Part shown: in pieces, positions 29,829 through 38,866 of the stretch
Numbering within the stretch: the first letter of the stretch is position 1
Layout of the letters: every line of letters begins with the position of its first letter
Origin: Nitrosopumilus sp.
GTDB taxonomy: Archaea; Thermoproteota; Nitrososphaeria; Nitrososphaerales; Nitrosopumilaceae
DNA: 64,000 nucleotides
Assembly (NCBI GenBank): GCA_965197525.1
Contig: OZ240211.1
Location: 992,001 to 1,056,000, forward strand
Direction of reading: 5' to 3'
Made by a program: the position numbers and the translations under genes
Notes under the pieces: model-generated
The model's database searches: none
Seen by the model: the letters and a program-made list of their open reading frames with translations, nothing else
What the model was told of the DNA's origin: nothing

Positions 29829-31433
29829 TCATTTTATCAATCTTGTAATAGTCTTCTTCCTTGTTATCCGTGCTTTGAGTTTCCAGACGATAGTTGCAGG
29901 AACTATAACATACATGCCAACGTTGAGCATTATTACCAAACTTCCCAACCCCAGAGTATGAACCTCAGAGCCATTGTCAGCTAGAGCCATTACATTCAAC
30001 GAATAGATCATAGGAGCAATCGCATGTTTGATCATATGACGAACAGCAGGGATCTCCCTCTCAAAGTCTGCTACTGTAGGCGAAAATGTATAGTATATAG
30101 AATTAAACACAGACATAAAGGATGTACCTGATTCAGTAGAGAGCAGACGCTCATCTCTTATCTCACGCAAGAGTTGCACTTGTGGTGCAAGCTCTGTACC
30201 ATAAGCAGCAGTAGCGATTAGACATCCACCACCATCATCATCATCAGAGATATCGTTTGATCTCCCCATGGCATCGACATCACCTGCAATAGATGCAACA
30301 GCAGGTAGAATTCTATATATGTTATTATCCACATGACTTGCAAGATACAAGTATCCATCAGGACCGTTGACCATTCCGGTTATACAGCCAAACTCCTTGC
30401 CAATTATTATCTCATCCATAGAATCACCACTGTCTACTAGTAGGTCCTGAAGAGCAGGATCACTGAATACAAATCCGTCGCGTTCGGAGTTTAGTTGAAA
30501 TCTGTACAGATTGCTGTTGTTACAATCGCCAACAAAGAGCGAGTCGTTGTATGCATCAGTCTCCTTAAAGTCGATAAAACTCAAGGCCGCAGGTGCAACC
30601 GTGCGCAACCAGCTGAATTTGGGATCTTGGTATGTATAGTCCTCATATCCGATAAAACTCTCCAATTCTGCAGCTGTTGCAGGACCCATGATATGTGACC
30701 ATCCACTGTTAAAGCCTGCAGGTACTTGGTTAATCTCATCAAAATCATCATCTCCGTTTTCAGTAATCCACATAATGCCAGTTTGCGGATCTATGGCAAG
30801 ACCAAAACTGTTTCGAATGCCTACGGCATGATATGGTCCTTGTGGCTCTATCTGCAAAACTGCACTAGTGTCCAGATAATCAGTAATTCCGGGAGGATAC
30901 AGAGTCTCTAGAGATTTATTTTGAAGTGGTCCGTATCTGCCAGTGTCACCTATTATTGCATACACCTTACCGTCTAGTCCCGTTACCATTACGCCACTAT
31001 TATGATACAGATTTGCAGGTAACTCTTTAACCAGGACAGGATCAATTAACGATTGACCGTCCCATGTATACTTGGTAATTTTGTTGAGCATGATGTCTTC
31101 ATTGCTTGTATTGTCTGTATGATAAATGTATACAGTAGAATCCACAGATGTAATTCCAAGCAAGCCGGTTTCACGAATGGGATTGGTATCCACAATTAGA
31201 ACAGATTCAGATTGTAGCACTCCATCATGAATCAATCTAACATGGCCGTTTTTTTGTAAAACAAGTAAATTATCCTCATCAACAAAGTTCATAGTTGTCA
31301 CACCACAGCAAAGTCCAGTGACATACTTTTCTAAGATAAGGTTATCATCAACTAAGAATGGCTCAGCATATGCACTATGAAACGAGATTGCGATAAATAG
31401 TACAGAGACAACGGATATTGGTAATAAAATCAT
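29829..31433 (-). CDS. PQQ-dependent sugar dehydrogenase family protein with CFI-box-CTERM anchor
   Basis: Signal peptide; GIRNSFGLA, ENGDDDFDEIN; GGGCLIATAAYGTELAPQVQLLRE followed by a TM helix. Confidence 0.88.
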   Translation of the reverse strand: MILLPISVVSVLFIAISFHSAYAEPFLVDDNLILEKYVTGLCCGVTTMNFVDEDNLLVLQKNGHVRLIHDGVLQSESVLIVDTNPIRETGLLGITSVDSTVYIYHTDNTSNEDIMLNKITKYTWDGQSLIDPVLVKELPANLYHNSGVMVTGLDGKVYAIIGDTGRYGPLQNKSLETLYPPGITDYLDTSAVLQIEPQGPYHAVGIRNSFGLAIDPQTGIMWITENGDDDFDEINQVPAGFNSGWSHIMGPATAAELESFIGYEDYTYQDPKFSWLRTVAPAALSFIDFKETDAYNDSLFVGDCNNSNLYRFQLNSERDGFVFSDPALQDLLVDSGDSMDEIIIGKEFGCITGMVNGPDGYLYLASHVDNNIYRILPAVASIAGDVDAMGRSNDISDDDDGGGCLIATAAYGTELAPQVQLLREIRDERLLSTESGTSFMSVFNSIYYTFSPTVADFEREIPAVRHMIKHAIAPMIYSLNVMALADNGSEVHTLGLGSLVIMLNVGMYVIVPATIVWKLKARITRKKTITRLIK

Positions 31434-31545
31434 AATTAAAGGAATTAAAAAAACAATATACCTGTTGTGTTTGATTAGATTTATCTAGAATACTGTAAAT
31501 ATTTACAAATTATTTTAGAATTTGCTGGGGTTTAGTAAAAATCAG

Positions 31546-31728
31546 CTAACGTCGTTTTCTTCTTTGTCCAGGCTTGTTTTGACCTGGAAATCGACCTAGT
31601 ACAAATCGTTTCTTAAAGTTGCTCTTGTTACGAAGACTAGAACTAGTACCTACAATCTTACGTCCTTCAACTTTGGGCGTTTGTCCCCGTACTTTACCTG
31701 CTTTGGTAAGCGAACCGTGAGTTGCCAT
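31546..31728 (-). CDS. rps30e: 30S ribosomal protein S30e
   Basis: HGSLTKAGKVRGQTPKV. Confidence 0.96.
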   Translation of the reverse strand: MATHGSLTKAGKVRGQTPKVEGRKIVGTSSSLRNKSNFKKRFVLGRFPGQNKPGQRRKRR

Positions 31729-31909
31729 AGCATAATACCAGAATTAGTAAATTTATGTATTTTGATTGTCTATTGGTGTGGTGTTGTATGAAAAACAGTT
31801 CGTCATTTTTGCGTGTCATTAGACCGTATTGTGTGTAACCCCTAGATAATGACGCACCCCCTACATCCACATGAATGGGCAGCAAAAGCTTTAGACCGGC
31901 AAAGATAAA

Positions 31910-33331
31910 ATGGAATCATTCCTAAATTCTGCTATGGACGCATCTGTTTCTAGGCTCCGCAAATACGTCTCAGACCTTCTAACATACAAGATGAACGAAC
32001 CAGGCAAGACCATACCCCAGATAAGAACGAAGTCTACAAAAGAGGTTCCACGGGATTACTCACAGCGAGAGTACGAAACGAAGCAGATCTGGCACAAGAG
32101 ATCAGATCTCATAGATTATCTGGCAGTGGAGATGAAAGTAGGAAGCCATTATTGTGGTTCGAATAGAAGATCGTCTGACTTTTACAATCTAGTAGACCAA
32201 GAGATTGCCAAGCTGCGAAGAAAGAAGGGCATAGTCGACTGGGCAAGTAATAGCCGGACCGGCATATTCAGGCTTTCGTCTGATGGACAGATGATCAAAA
32301 AACCGGTCATGGATTTGGGAGATGCCCAAGTTACAAAGTCCACAAACACTGATGAGCGTTCTCTCAAGGAGACGTTCATATCCATACTTACACATGGTAA
32401 AAAGGACAACACCTACAAGTTTGCCCTCGCCAGGGCGCTAATTGAATACTGTAGAATGAACCCATCCGGAACGGCCGCGTACGACATACCATACAGCTAT
32501 TTTGCAGACAAGTTTCTAGAATACTATTGGCATCAGGAATGTAAGTACAGAATAAAGCAAGACTTTAAGACAAAGAGTACACCCAAGGTCATACAGGCAA
32601 TACGGCACGTCTTCAAGGACAATTCCTACGGTAGTTTTGAGATGGTCAACGATGAGGAGAGACAATTAGGCAGAGACATGATAATGAAAACCGTCTTCGG
32701 CCATGCCAGGTCAAAGACGTCTCTGGTCATCCCTAGATTCCAGAATGTCTCAGAGGGAAGCGGCTCCACACTGAAAAGACTGCTCTATGAGTATGACGAC
32801 GATGCCAAGATTGTCCGCCTCAGACCGGAGACGTTTGAATTCTTCAAAAGCAACCACAGGATCCTCTCGATGGCAGTCCTCTCAGAGTGGGCCAAGTTCC
32901 TAGAGAGAATCAACAAATCACTTCCCATGCTGGTAGCCAAGATAGAACAGGATGAGATGCACCGCGAATCTCTGGTCAAATACAGAAAGATGTACCTAGA
33001 GTACGCAAGCCACTGCTTTTACTGCGGGGACAAGCTGGAGACCAGTCACATACAGGTGGATCACTTTCTTCCCTGGTCATACATATTTGAAGATCAGCCA
33101 TGGAATCTGGTACTTGCATGCAGCAGGTGCAACCTCAAAAAGAGCGCATCTCTCCCACAGGAAGACTTTCGGGAAGAGATCATCAGAAGAAACAGCAAGT
33201 ATCGTGGACAGATACAGGAATTAGACCGTTCACTTAGAATCATAGACACAAGGCTTGGCTGGGAGAAGGAGATAGAAAACCACTATACTACCTGTAAGGA
33301 ATACGGTTTTGGCATAGTCAGACTGCCGTGA
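31910..33331 (+). CDS. HNH endonuclease with N-terminal winged-helix-like domain (candidate modification-dependent restriction enzyme)
   Basis: NTYKFALARAL domain; CFYCG..VDHFLPWS..NLVLACSRCN HNH motif. Start may be downstream (MNEPGK). Confidence 0.8.
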   Translation: MESFLNSAMDASVSRLRKYVSDLLTYKMNEPGKTIPQIRTKSTKEVPRDYSQREYETKQIWHKRSDLIDYLAVEMKVGSHYCGSNRRSSDFYNLVDQEIAKLRRKKGIVDWASNSRTGIFRLSSDGQMIKKPVMDLGDAQVTKSTNTDERSLKETFISILTHGKKDNTYKFALARALIEYCRMNPSGTAAYDIPYSYFADKFLEYYWHQECKYRIKQDFKTKSTPKVIQAIRHVFKDNSYGSFEMVNDEERQLGRDMIMKTVFGHARSKTSLVIPRFQNVSEGSGSTLKRLLYEYDDDAKIVRLRPETFEFFKSNHRILSMAVLSEWAKFLERINKSLPMLVAKIEQDEMHRESLVKYRKMYLEYASHCFYCGDKLETSHIQVDHFLPWSYIFEDQPWNLVLACSRCNLKKSASLPQEDFREEIIRRNSKYRGQIQELDRSLRIIDTRLGWEKEIENHYTTCKEYGFGIVRLP

Positions 33332-33449
33332 TGTGCAAGAGGTTGTCGCCATTCTGCAGTGTCATAGCCTGATGCGATTGCGACTTTTTTGTAGAAGGAT
33401 ATAAACCAGACACAGTTAGTTTTTCGTAACTACTCATGTCATCTCCTAG

Positions 33450-33560
33450 TCTGAGCATAACTACAATCTACACAGATCTGCCAATAGTCACCGACATTGC
33501 GAATATCAGTGACTTCTGTAATTCTGAGCATAACTACAATCTACACAGATCTGCCAATAG
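33450..33560. repeat. Two identical 38-bp direct repeats separated by a 35-bp hairpin-forming spacer
   Basis: TCTGAGCATAACTACAATCTACACAGATCTGCCAATAG at 33450-33487 and 33523-33560. Confidence 0.9.
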
Positions 33561-33647
33561 GAACGGATCAGGAGAGGCGGGGACAGTTACCAATAATGCG
33601 TATACTGACATAACAAGACAGAGACAGAAAATTACACAAGTATAATA

Positions 33648-35393
33648 TTACCAGTACTTGGCTTTAACAGTCTCAATAACTCGTTCGTGCTCTTTGCTCT
33701 TTCTGCGAGCATATCGCTCCATTGCACCTAACGGAACGCCACCAAGGGATCTGGCGATTGCATTAAAGAAATATCTTTGTGGACCCTTAGAACCAGTCTT
33801 AGTCATGAATTTTTGAATGCCGTACTTGAAGTTGTGCTGCCATGTCTTGTACAAAACACCCAACTGAGCAGGAGTCATCTCATTTCCAATATGGAAAAAG
33901 TCAGACTTTTCAAGCAAGCCGATTGGCACGAATGTTAATGCAGTAGCCGTAAACATGGAGTCAGGCTGTTCACACTCCAACTCGTTAATCAATCGTATAG
34001 TCTCCCATGAATCCTCAGGCGTTTCATCATTATCAAGGCCCATTATCAAGGTAAATGCAGGAATCCAGTAATCTTGATTCAAGGTCTTGACACCCTCTTT
34101 TACCACCCAGTGCCATTCGCTTGGAGAGTATGGTGCAAGTTTTCTGTCTGCATACTTTTCAATCAGCCTAAGACTGCCGGTCTCAAAACCAGCTTGGATG
34201 CCTATCATGTTGTCAGGACCTGCGTTTATAATTCGAGACAGGTTAGGAATCAGTTTTTCATCGGCGATTGCGCCAGCTAGTGTGCCATGAGTTGGATTCG
34301 TATGTTCGACACCAGTTGACATGATTGCAGTAAATAGCTCCTCTAAGGCCTCTCGGTTAGGCTCCATACCTTTGGCAGTTCTAGGATCCATTCCATAAAC
34401 AAAGATATCATCACTGTGAATCCATGCTGATGTGGAACCGCCTTTCTTGATGTTGACTTGGATCTCCTCTTTGACTTTTTCTGGTGAATAGTATCGCAAT
34501 GAGCGCAGTGTTACATCGCAGAATTTACAACCTCGTCCACAACCACGCATTACCTCAACCATACCATGCATGCTAGGCTCTATGATGTTAGGAATCTCTT
34601 CAAGATCAGGTCTGTCCCAAAAGTTAACAAATCTTCCGTGAAGTTTTTTGCCATTTCTCTCAAATTCTTTAATGTTAACTTTGAAATCACTTCTCTTTCT
34701 AAACGGATCCATATTTTCAAAGTCACCGTTAATCAGATAGTTAAAGAATCGTCCTGCATGTCCATCGATCTCTGGTGCAATTCCACCTAGCTCACCTTCA
34801 AGAATTGCGTAAATTCCAAACTCTTCAATCTTTTCTGGATCATAGTTGTACTGCCATGTCCCAGATGCACCAGATATTACTTTTGCTTTACTTCCAGTCT
34901 TTTCTTTAGCAGCTTTAATTCTGCGATGGAGTTCTGCATTATAAAATTCGTCATAAGATGTCTGTTTTCTACCATAAGTAAATGTCATGGTGACAGGTCC
35001 CATTCCAAGTGGATCCATCTCGTAGGTTCCAACTGCCAGTGTGTCAGGTCCAATGAATTTCTCAATGTGATCAGGATGCGCAATGACAACATCCTGTCTA
35101 CTAAACCCATCTCGCAACAGACCGGCTTCTAATTTGCGCAACCCATAAGGTGCATAATTTGCAACGCCATTTGTGTGAGGAATATAATTACAGATAAAAT
35201 CAAAGAGAATCTTAGGAGTCACCTGATTCCCTAGAATCTTGTACCAGAAACTCTTCTTATCCCTATGAGGGTCAAGTGCCGGAGCACATCCAAAAAACGT
35301 GGCAAGAGACAGTCCCCTATAAGGAGACATTAGTGTTCTATCAGCTGTTAGTACTATCTTGGGATTGCTCATTCCTTTATGAAAATAATCCAA
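33648..35393 (-). CDS. Radical SAM protein (B12-binding-like, conserved archaeal)
   Basis: RGCGRGCKFC CxxxCxxC motif. Confidence 0.88.
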   Translation of the reverse strand: MDYFHKGMSNPKIVLTADRTLMSPYRGLSLATFFGCAPALDPHRDKKSFWYKILGNQVTPKILFDFICNYIPHTNGVANYAPYGLRKLEAGLLRDGFSRQDVVIAHPDHIEKFIGPDTLAVGTYEMDPLGMGPVTMTFTYGRKQTSYDEFYNAELHRRIKAAKEKTGSKAKVISGASGTWQYNYDPEKIEEFGIYAILEGELGGIAPEIDGHAGRFFNYLINGDFENMDPFRKRSDFKVNIKEFERNGKKLHGRFVNFWDRPDLEEIPNIIEPSMHGMVEVMRGCGRGCKFCDVTLRSLRYYSPEKVKEEIQVNIKKGGSTSAWIHSDDIFVYGMDPRTAKGMEPNREALEELFTAIMSTGVEHTNPTHGTLAGAIADEKLIPNLSRIINAGPDNMIGIQAGFETGSLRLIEKYADRKLAPYSPSEWHWVVKEGVKTLNQDYWIPAFTLIMGLDNDETPEDSWETIRLINELECEQPDSMFTATALTFVPIGLLEKSDFFHIGNEMTPAQLGVLYKTWQHNFKYGIQKFMTKTGSKGPQRYFFNAIARSLGGVPLGAMERYARRKSKEHERVIETVKAKYW

Positions 35394-35422
35394 CGATTAA
35401 TTTTAAACCTTACGTGCTAAAT

Positions 35423-36244
35423 TCAGTAATTTTCGAGAATTCCAGCCTTATTTCTATGAAAATAGCCAAATTCCTTGTTTGCAGACAGATGCTGACCGTC
35501 AAAGACGGTTCCGTCACGGCATACCAAGTCCTCACCGGTACAACAACTTCCGCATATCCCTACACCACATTTCATCATTCGTTCAAGACTAGCTTGAACA
35601 AAGATATTTCTAGAATGAGCAGATTGGACAATTTTGTGCATCATGATTTCAGGACCGCATGTATAGATGCCGTCATAACTAGTAGTAGTTGTATCGACTA
35701 ATTTTTCAACCAGATCAGTTACAAATCCCTTTTCACCGTAACTGCCATCATCTGTACAAACAGTTACGCGATGATGTACATTACGTTTGAGTAGACTGTT
35801 TGCCAAATCTTCAAAAAACACCTCTTCTTTTGATTGGGCTCCAATTAGGACAGTGACGTCGTCTGAGGGTTTTACAAAGGTAAGCAATCTCATCATAGGA
35901 ACAAGACCCGTTCCTCCGCCAACTAACAAAAGCTTTCCTTCTTTGAGATCAAACGAATTTCCATACGGACCACGGATGCCAATCTGTTGACCTACTTTGG
36001 TGTTAAACAGACCAGTGGATGCAGGACCATGACGTCTTACAGTAAATGCAGCTTTGCCAGACTCTTGAGATATCATCACACTCATAGGTAACTCGTTGAT
36101 TCCAGGTATCCAAACCATTGCGAATTGTCCTGGAAGAACAGCAGACATAACTGCATCTGAAAATACCAGAGTCCGAACAGTAGGAGTCTCATCAATTACC
36201 TGTTCAATTGTAACCATTGTGGGATGATTATTGTTTCTTTGCAA
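35423..36244 (-). CDS. pyrK: Dihydroorotate dehydrogenase electron transfer subunit
   Basis: GGGTG, CGP, MKCGVGICGSC 2Fe-2S motif. Confidence 0.93.
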   Translation of the reverse strand: MQRNNNHPTMVTIEQVIDETPTVRTLVFSDAVMSAVLPGQFAMVWIPGINELPMSVMISQESGKAAFTVRRHGPASTGLFNTKVGQQIGIRGPYGNSFDLKEGKLLLVGGGTGLVPMMRLLTFVKPSDDVTVLIGAQSKEEVFFEDLANSLLKRNVHHRVTVCTDDGSYGEKGFVTDLVEKLVDTTTTSYDGIYTCGPEIMMHKIVQSAHSRNIFVQASLERMMKCGVGICGSCCTGEDLVCRDGTVFDGQHLSANKEFGYFHRNKAGILENY

Positions 36245-37139
36245 GACCTACCATATCCGTTATTGTAGAATGATTTTTTCGCTCCATATAATCTAAAATT
36301 CCGCTGTTAATTTCATCAAATACATCAATCCAATTATCACCTATGGCACTTCCAAGCTGAACAGCAGAGGCGCCGGCTAAAAAGAATTCCACTGCATCTT
36401 CCCATGTGTATATACCGCCACATCCTATTATTGGAACGTCGTATTTTGATGAAATTTCATAGACGCACCTTAGTGCAATAGGCTTGATTGGAGTACCAGA
36501 TAGCCCGCCAAATCTGTTACTAAGTATAGGACGTTGGGTATCAACGTTGATTGCCATTGCACGAACGGTGTTAATGGCAGTGATTGCATCTACCCCGGAA
36601 TGTATTGCGGCCTCTACGGTATCAAGATAATGACTCGTACCCAAGCCTACTTTGGCAATTACAGGAACGTCAGAGGCATTCTTTACATCAGATACAATCT
36701 TCTTTACCAATTCAAGGTCGTCACCAACTTCCAAGCCAACTTTGTCGACGTGGGGACAGGATAGGTTTAGCTCATATGCCATAACATTACAATCTTTGAA
36801 TTCATTTATCATCATCTCAAAATCTCCAGGTATAGAACCTACCAAACTCACTATTATCGGAACATCTTGGTTTGGTTTTATCATCTTGGCAAAGTTTGGT
36901 GCGCCAGGATTTGACAGACCTACTGCATTTATCCAGCCACCGTTTTTTAAACCTAGTATAGTTGGATTCGGATAGCCGTCCCAAGGCTCAGTACTGATGG
37001 ATTTAGTTACAACAGCTCCTGCACCTGACGCGTAGAGTCGTTTAAACACATCTAGTGATATCCCTAAAATTCCAGACGCCAACATTACAGGCCTGTCTAA
37101 CTGAATTGGTCCTATGAGAGTTGCAAGACTGGGTTTCAC
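36228..37139 (-). CDS. pyrD: Dihydroorotate dehydrogenase B, catalytic subunit
   Basis: LASG, NLSCPH, GGLSG, GCGGI. Confidence 0.94.
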   Translation of the reverse strand: MKPSLATLIGPIQLDRPVMLASGILGISLDVFKRLYASGAGAVVTKSISTEPWDGYPNPTILGLKNGGWINAVGLSNPGAPNFAKMIKPNQDVPIIVSLVGSIPGDFEMMINEFKDCNVMAYELNLSCPHVDKVGLEVGDDLELVKKIVSDVKNASDVPVIAKVGLGTSHYLDTVEAAIHSGVDAITAINTVRAMAINVDTQRPILSNRFGGLSGTPIKPIALRCVYEISSKYDVPIIGCGGIYTWEDAVEFFLAGASAVQLGSAIGDNWIDVFDEINSGILDYMERKNHSTITDMVGLAKKQ

Positions 37140-37173
37140 TTTGATTAATAAGATTGCATTTGAATATAACAGT

Positions 37174-37206
37174 TGATTTAGGGTAATTATATACCTAGGT
37201 TACGTT
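37174..37206. repeat. TSD TGATTTAG (37174-37181) and TIR GGTAATTATATACCTAGGTTACGTT (37182-37206)
   Basis: 19/25 match to the reverse complement of 38794-38818; TSD repeated exactly at 38819-38826. Confidence 0.85.
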
Positions 37207-38818
37207 TCTGCACCAAGGTTTTTTTCTGACAGTCCAACAAATCATTCACAGCTTGGTTCTTGCCGTCTTTTTTAGAAACAACATGGTGTAAGCCATGTCT
37301 TGATTCTTCTGTCTTGTGACGATAGTCCCTACCGCCACTAATAATACTGACACTATTAGATGTGCCATTTTTATTAGCTAAAATAATATTTTCCATGCTG
37401 TCACACCTGTAGTTTCCATATCTGTCTACAAGCGGGAGCCTTCGTATGCACGGAAGTCCGTAATGTCTGATGTTTGTGCCGGCGTTATCGTCTGCATCGC
37501 ACAAAAATCCACAGTATACGCATTGAAACACATCCCTGGTAGTTCTAGAGTTGCTGTTGATCATATTGCACTTACTACACGTTATGCTGGTATAATGTGG
37601 AACAATCTCAAGCGTTTTGGTTCCGTGGTTTTCGGCAGTCATTTTTATTCTATCCCCCATTCTTCCCATACCTGCCCCGTAAATCTCCCTGTTAAGGCCG
37701 CTTTTCCGCTTTTCATTTTTTGCAGTCATATTGCCAATGTTTAGTTTTTCCATGACTATCACTCCTGTTCTCATCACAATCTGTTTGGCAAGGAAATTAT
37801 TGTGCTCGGTTCTTCTGTTGTTGAGTGTTTTCTTCATCCTCTTCAGTTTGCGATCCTCTTTTTTCCATCTGTTACTATGCAGTTTGTGGCCGTCTCTTTT
37901 TGACTGTTGTTCTGAGACTACATCGTCTTTTTTTCTCCTACAGGAATAAGGTGTCCTGTAAAAATCGGCATTTATTCCGTCATGAACGATTAGGGATCTC
38001 TTAACCCCCATGTCTATTCCGCATACGACTGTACGATCCGTATTTTTAGGTCTCTGTATTTTTAATGTCAGATGGATCTCAAACGTGCGGTTCGAATCGT
38101 TTGTATTGACAGTGATTTTTTTGGTGTTCTCTACAAGCCTGTATGATACAATGTTGGTCTGGTAGAACTTGTTGGTGCTGTTTTTGTCTTTTTCACATAC
38201 CATCTGCTTTGGAAGATTATTCAAAGACGACAACAGCTCCACCTGACCCATACCAGGCAGGTTCATGTACAGTTTTTTCCACTTTCCCATCCTTAGCGAG
38301 GGATGCTTACCGTTTACTGTTATGGATGCATGTTTTGCATTTTTGGCGTTTCTGAACAAACTGTTTCTGTCAATCCATTTGTTTGGTTTGAGATTTTTAA
38401 ATGACGTGTGCCAGTTGTGGTTCTTGCCACCAGTCTTTTTTGCCCAGTTTCGTACTCTGCGTTTTTTTGCGCAGGATTTCAAATGTTTGTCTGCCGTATC
38501 ATGCCCCTGTTGGAACGCAGTTGTTGCCACATTGGTGTGATATCTGTTGCTCCATGGCATGGTGTGATGTATGTCAGTAATGGTACGGCTTGTCTTGATT
38601 TTGTCATATTTTTCAACCAGTCCTGCCTCTACGCCCATGTTGAAAAAATACGTCTGAAAGTTTGCAATCCTGCGTGCCTTCAATGACAGTTCTTTTGTCT
38701 GCCTTGGTTTTACAATCACTGTTCTATAAATAAAATCTTCTATATCTTTTTCCATCCAGTTAATAGTCTGTGTATTATATATAATTGACGTATAATGTAA
38801 TCCAAGTATGTAATTCCC
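37182..38818 (-). mobile_element. Second TIR-bounded, tnpB-only element (imperfect 25-bp TIRs, 8-bp TSD), 1637 bp
   Basis: TIRs at 37182-37206 and 38794-38818, each directly abutting a TGATTTAG copy; inserted between divergent pyrD and nop5. Confidence 0.85.
37187..38755 (-). CDS. tnpB: Large TnpB family RNA-guided endonuclease (about 522 aa from MEKDIED)
   Basis: RuvC-I CGIDMG, RuvC-II VMEKLNI, Zn ribbon CSKC..CVYC, RuvC-III DADDNAGTNI. The ORF-track start at 38830 lies outside the element, so ATG 38755 is preferred. Confidence 0.88.
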   Translation of the reverse strand: MEKDIEDFIYRTVIVKPRQTKELSLKARRIANFQTYFFNMGVEAGLVEKYDKIKTSRTITDIHHTMPWSNRYHTNVATTAFQQGHDTADKHLKSCAKKRRVRNWAKKTGGKNHNWHTSFKNLKPNKWIDRNSLFRNAKNAKHASITVNGKHPSLRMGKWKKLYMNLPGMGQVELLSSLNNLPKQMVCEKDKNSTNKFYQTNIVSYRLVENTKKITVNTNDSNRTFEIHLTLKIQRPKNTDRTVVCGIDMGVKRSLIVHDGINADFYRTPYSCRRKKDDVVSEQQSKRDGHKLHSNRWKKEDRKLKRMKKTLNNRRTEHNNFLAKQIVMRTGVIVMEKLNIGNMTAKNEKRKSGLNREIYGAGMGRMGDRIKMTAENHGTKTLEIVPHYTSITCSKCNMINSNSRTTRDVFQCVYCGFLCDADDNAGTNIRHYGLPCIRRLPLVDRYGNYRCDSMENIILANKNGTSNSVSIISGGRDYRHKTEESRHGLHHVVSKKDGKNQAVNDLLDCQKKTLVQKRNLGI

Positions 38819-38826
38819 TGATTTAG
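38794..38826. repeat. TIR (38794-38818) and TSD TGATTTAG (38819-38826)
   Basis: Reverse complement of the TIR is GGGAATTACATACTTGGATTACATT. Confidence 0.85.
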
Positions 38827-38866
38827 GCATGGTACTTTTTTAAAGGTGGTTTAAAAGTAATTAGGT

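Noticed and set aside
33450-33560. Calling the repeat pair a CRISPR array
   Set aside because: Only two clear repeats, no cas genes in the window and no typical repeat terminus. Kept as an unexplained repeat.
31741-33647. TIR/TSD boundaries around the HNH islet
   Set aside because: Only weak inverted similarities of 7-13 bp; no convincing TSD.
38756-38830. ORF-track N-terminal extension of the second TnpB (MPKSGNY...)
   Set aside because: It starts outside the TSD and reads through the TIR. ATG 38755 has a TATA-like box upstream and lies inside the element.
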